DNA of 64,000 nt. Source: an uncultured Clostridia bacterium. Its GTDB lineage: Bacteria > Bacillota > Clostridia > Christensenellales > UBA1242. The position numbers and the translations under genes are program-made. The notes beneath the pieces are model-generated. The model ran no database searches, was not told the DNA's origin, and worked only from the letters and a program-made list of their open reading frames with translations. Where the stretch lies: the NCBI GenBank assembly GCA_944349375.1, contig CALVMV010000003.1, forward strand, positions 26,755-90,754, in the 5' to 3' direction. Shown here one piece after another: positions 60,638 to 64,000 of this stretch (the stretch's first letter is position 1; every line of letters begins with the position of its first letter).

Positions 60638-61816
60638 TTACAACAAGAAATGTAAAATGTCAATTAATATAACTGCTCCAAACAAAACTATAAGCCCTAT
60701 TGTATGAATTAAATTTTCAACTTCTCTTTTTATTGGCTTTTTTCTTATCCATTCTATGGTTGTAAATAAAACATGCGAGCCATCTAAAGCAGGTATTGGT
60801 AAAATATTAAAAATAGCTAGGTTAGCTGATATTAAAGGTATTAAAACCAAGATATTAGCAAAATTAGCTTGCGTAAATGATGCAATCGTTGTTATTGTTG
60901 TTATTGGTCCCCCAATTGAAGAAATTGGTAATTGGAAAGTTATTAATAGCCATAGAGATTTTAATACGATCCAAGCAAGGCCTATTGCGAAAGGAACGCA
61001 TCTTTGCAATGCTTCTGTGAAAGAGTGAACATATGCTTTTGCTGTAATTCCGGTAGAGTAAACAGTTTCTTCTTCACTAAGTTCATATTCTCCTTCTTGA
61101 TTAGAGCTCAAAACTTTTTGTCGAGTAATTACAAAAAAACCCGTATAAGCTGTTGTGTATTGACCATCTCTACGAACAACCAATTCTAGTGCAGGATAAT
61201 TAGCAACTGTAGTATTGTTTTCTTCTGCCCAAGCAATAGCATTATTTAACTGAGAAGTGATGATATCGTTGTAATTTGCCCCATATGCAAAATCTATTTT
61301 TTCACCATTTATTGATATTATTACATCTCCTTCTTGCAATAATTGTTCATCATTTAAATTTACTATGTTGCTATTGATTTCAACATTATTAATTATATAT
61401 CCATTTTGTGGAGAAGTTGAACTAGTTGGAATAGAAAAAGATACAACTTGTGGAATATCATAACCTAATGTACATAATAAAATTAATGAAAAGACAACAG
61501 CAGTGGCGAAATTAAAAATGACACCAGCAAAGAAAACTAAAATTCTTTTCCAAGGAGCTTGGGCATTGAAAGAGTCTTTGCCATCGGCATTGTCATCTTC
61601 TCCTTCAAAAGCACAATATCCCCCTAAAGGAAAGATTCTTAAAGAAATAAGCTCTCCCCTTTTATTTTTGCGAGAAAATAGGGCTTTACCAAACCCTACT
61701 GAAAACTCTGTAATTTTAAAATTTAACATTCTTCCTACACAATAATGACCAAATTCATGGACTAGTACCATAAAAAGTAAAATCACTATAGCAAGAATTA
61801 TATAGAGTATAAACAT
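60638..61816 (-). CDS. rseP: RIP metalloprotease RseP/RasP (site-2 protease)
   Basis: HEFGH, FSVGFG, PLGGYC, PDZ, NILPIPALDG. Confidence 0.95.
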   Translation of the reverse strand: MFILYIILAIVILLFMVLVHEFGHYCVGRMLNFKITEFSVGFGKALFSRKNKRGELISLRIFPLGGYCAFEGEDDNADGKDSFNAQAPWKRILVFFAGVIFNFATAVVFSLILLCTLGYDIPQVVSFSIPTSSTSPQNGYIINNVEINSNIVNLNDEQLLQEGDVIISINGEKIDFAYGANYNDIITSQLNNAIAWAEENNTTVANYPALELVVRRDGQYTTAYTGFFVITRQKVLSSNQEGEYELSEEETVYSTGITAKAYVHSFTEALQRCVPFAIGLAWIVLKSLWLLITFQLPISSIGGPITTITTIASFTQANFANILVLIPLISANLAIFNILPIPALDGSHVLFTTIEWIRKKPIKREVENLIHTIGLIVLFGAVILIDILHFLL

Positions 61817-61865
61817 TTTACCTCACAAAAGTTTTATATAAATTTAGTATATAAAATTTTTGAAA

Positions 61866-62831
61866 TTATAATACCAATAAAATGATACTAAATGCTAAGA
61901 ATATATAAGGCATTACAAACATATAAGAATCGCATCTATCGAGCATTCCACCATGACCAGGAAGGAAATGACCACTATCCTTAACATTTGCTTGTCGTTT
62001 AAAAGCACTTTCCAACAAATCGCCGAGTTGAGCAAGCATTGAACCGATAAAAGAGATAATTATAATTTGCCAAAAAGCAAAACCTGTTAAATTAAAAATG
62101 GTCTTTAAATCTGTAATAGAATACAAGATAAAATAAACAACTGTGCAGAAGAAAACACAGGATAAAAGACCACCAATAGCACCAGATATAGTTTTATTTG
62201 GGCTTACTTTTGGACAAAGTTTTTTACCTCCAAAAATACCTCCAATAAGGTATGCGAAAGTATCTGTAAAGATTGGAATTAAAAAGGCAAATAAAAGAGC
62301 TATTAAAGAGAAATAACCATTGAAAGAAGAAACATTTGCAAAGGAAGAAGTTAAATCATCGAAATGGTTAATAAATGTCATAAACATCAATAGAAAAGAT
62401 GGATAAACGAAAGAGAAAGCTGTATTCATAGCTTTTTGGAAAGAATATTTTGTTAGTGATATTTGAAGCTTTTTATATCTTATTTCTTTAATAGTTTTAC
62501 TTTTAGTAATTAAAGACCAAAGTAAAGCAATAGCAAAGAAAATTATAATTAAAGCAACAGCTATAACTATGCTATAAATAATTCCGACATTAGTATCGAA
62601 TGCGATTGTTATTAACATAAAAAGCATTAAAAAAGCAGGAAATAATGTTGACAAAATTTGATTGTTAGGCTTGTCCATTTTTGTTAACAATTTGCTCATT
62701 TCAAAAGCTGCAGTCATAGAAATAAATAATATTAAGGCATCAAAAAAGTAAGGACTTACAAAACCTTTCAGTATAAACGCTAGTAATAGTACTGCAACTA
62801 TTAAAACTGATGTCATTGATCTAGTTTTCAT
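61866..62831 (-). CDS. cdsA: Phosphatidate cytidylyltransferase
   Basis: DTFAY..G, SPNKT..G, GDL.ES.FKR...VKDSG..LPGHGG.LDR.DS. Confidence 0.96.
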   Translation of the reverse strand: MKTRSMTSVLIVAVLLLAFILKGFVSPYFFDALILFISMTAAFEMSKLLTKMDKPNNQILSTLFPAFLMLFMLITIAFDTNVGIIYSIVIAVALIIIFFAIALLWSLITKSKTIKEIRYKKLQISLTKYSFQKAMNTAFSFVYPSFLLMFMTFINHFDDLTSSFANVSSFNGYFSLIALLFAFLIPIFTDTFAYLIGGIFGGKKLCPKVSPNKTISGAIGGLLSCVFFCTVVYFILYSITDLKTIFNLTGFAFWQIIIISFIGSMLAQLGDLLESAFKRQANVKDSGHFLPGHGGMLDRCDSYMFVMPYIFLAFSIILLVL

Positions 62832-63517
62832 TTTTTCAAACCTCCAAATCTGCGTTCTCTTTTGCTAAATATCTTTAATGCTTTTTTTAGCTCTTTTTCA
62901 TTAAAATCTGGCCATAATACTTTAGGAAAATAAAGCTCACTATATGCCATTTGTAACATCATAAAATTTGATAAACGATTTTCCCCGCTTGTTCTAATAA
63001 CAAGGTCAGGATCAGGAAGAAAGTTGGTATCCAAATTTTGAGAAATATCTTTATATGTTATTTCCATTTTGTTTTCTTTTAATAACTTGTTTACTGTTCT
63101 AGTAATTTCATCTTGCCCGCCATAATTTAAAGCTAATGTCATGGTTAATGTTTCATTGTTTGTTGTTTGATTTTCAGTTTTTGTTAATTCCTTTTTTAAG
63201 TCTTCTGGAAAAGGTGATAATTCCCCTATGTGTTTTATTTTAATATCTTTTTTATTAAAATAATCAGGATTATTTTTCAGATAATCACGAAGCAGAGAAA
63301 AAATACCATCAATTTCTTCTTTATCTCTTTTCCAGTTTTCAGTAGAAAAAGCATAAAAAGTAACAAATTTTATATGAAATTTAATGCACGCATCGAGTGT
63401 CCTTTCTACTGCTTTAATTCCTTCTTTATGCCCTAAATTTCGAGGTAAACCTCGTTTTTGAGCCCATCGGCCATTGCCGTCCATTATTATTGCAATATGT
63501 GTTGGTAAATTATACAT
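62828..63517 (-). CDS. uppS: Undecaprenyl diphosphate synthase
   Basis: HIAIIMDGNGRWA, YAFSTENWKR, NYGG, IRTSGE.RLSNF, RRFGG. Confidence 0.97.
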   Translation of the reverse strand: MYNLPTHIAIIMDGNGRWAQKRGLPRNLGHKEGIKAVERTLDACIKFHIKFVTFYAFSTENWKRDKEEIDGIFSLLRDYLKNNPDYFNKKDIKIKHIGELSPFPEDLKKELTKTENQTTNNETLTMTLALNYGGQDEITRTVNKLLKENKMEITYKDISQNLDTNFLPDPDLVIRTSGENRLSNFMMLQMAYSELYFPKVLWPDFNEKELKKALKIFSKRERRFGGLKK

Positions 63518-63538
63518 TGATATTCCTTTTAGAAAACT

Positions 63539-64000
63539 TTAAACTTCCAAAATTTCCTTTTCTTTTGTTTTAAAATTTTCCTCTATTTTATCGCAAGCAT
63601 TATCAATAATTTTTTGAACTTCTTTTTCAGCTAAAGATTGTTCATCTTCACTGATTTCTCCATTTTTTTCAAGGTCCTCAATCATCTCCATTGCATCTCT
63701 ACGAGCACCTCTCACCCCAATTTTAGCATCTTCTGCGATTTTCTTAATATCTTTAACTAAATCTTTTCTGCGTTCTTCAGTTAAAGCAGGGAAAACAAGT
63801 CTTATCATTTTTCCATCATCATTTGGAGTAACTCCTAAATCAGCCATAGAAATTGCTTTTATAACATTTTTAACTTGTGATTGATCCCAAACAGAAACAC
63901 AAAGCATTCTGGCTTCAGGAACTGTGATGCTAGCCATGTTTTTAAGAGGAGTTGGAACTCCGTAATAATCTATATAAACCTTATCTAAAATGTGAGGGTT
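63539..64000 (-). CDS. frr: Ribosome recycling factor, 3' part (5' end outside the window)
   Basis: Frame open to the window end (NPHILDKV.IDYYG.PTPL), P.LTEERRK, RRDA, KEKEIL. Confidence 0.96.
   Translation of the reverse strand, partial: NPHILDKVYIDYYGVPTPLKNMASITVPEARMLCVSVWDQSQVKNVIKAISMADLGVTPNDDGKMIRLVFPALTEERRKDLVKDIKKIAEDAKIGVRGARRDAMEMIEDLEKNGEISEDEQSLAEKEVQKIIDNACDKIEENFKTKEKEILEV

Overview
Very AT-rich chromosomal segment of a spore-forming, apparently genome-reduced Clostridia-like Firmicute. It is mostly housekeeping: clpP/clpX, five tRNAs, aspS-asnS, T-box pheST, desulfurase-thiI, argR-recN, ruvCAB-queA-tgt, rny, serS, spoIVB, infC-rpmI-rplT, xseA-proS-xseB, a complete spoIIIAA-AH operon, efp, and the frr-uppS-cdsA-rseP-(polC)-rimP-nusA-infB-rbfA-truB region. 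Gene orientation flips from mostly + to almost all - at about 32.7-35.4 kb, suggesting the replication terminus. Main observations: (1) at the flip, a perfect 16-6-16 bp palindrome whose arm recurs just upstream of a nearby XerS-like tyrosine recombinase gene, a candidate new single-recombinase Xer/dif system; (2) the gene at the polC position encodes only the PolC N-terminal and OB domains, a QxxLF clamp motif and a DEDDh exonuclease, with no PHP or polymerase core; (3) a rare A34 tRNA-Leu(AAG); (4) an apparently catalytically dead CD-NTase-like protein after serS; (5) several apparently leaderless genes; (6) proS inserted between xseA and xseB, and MEP-pathway genes missing from their usual positions. 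No CRISPR array, prophage or IS element was recognised. All family calls are by-eye motif recognition, not database searches.
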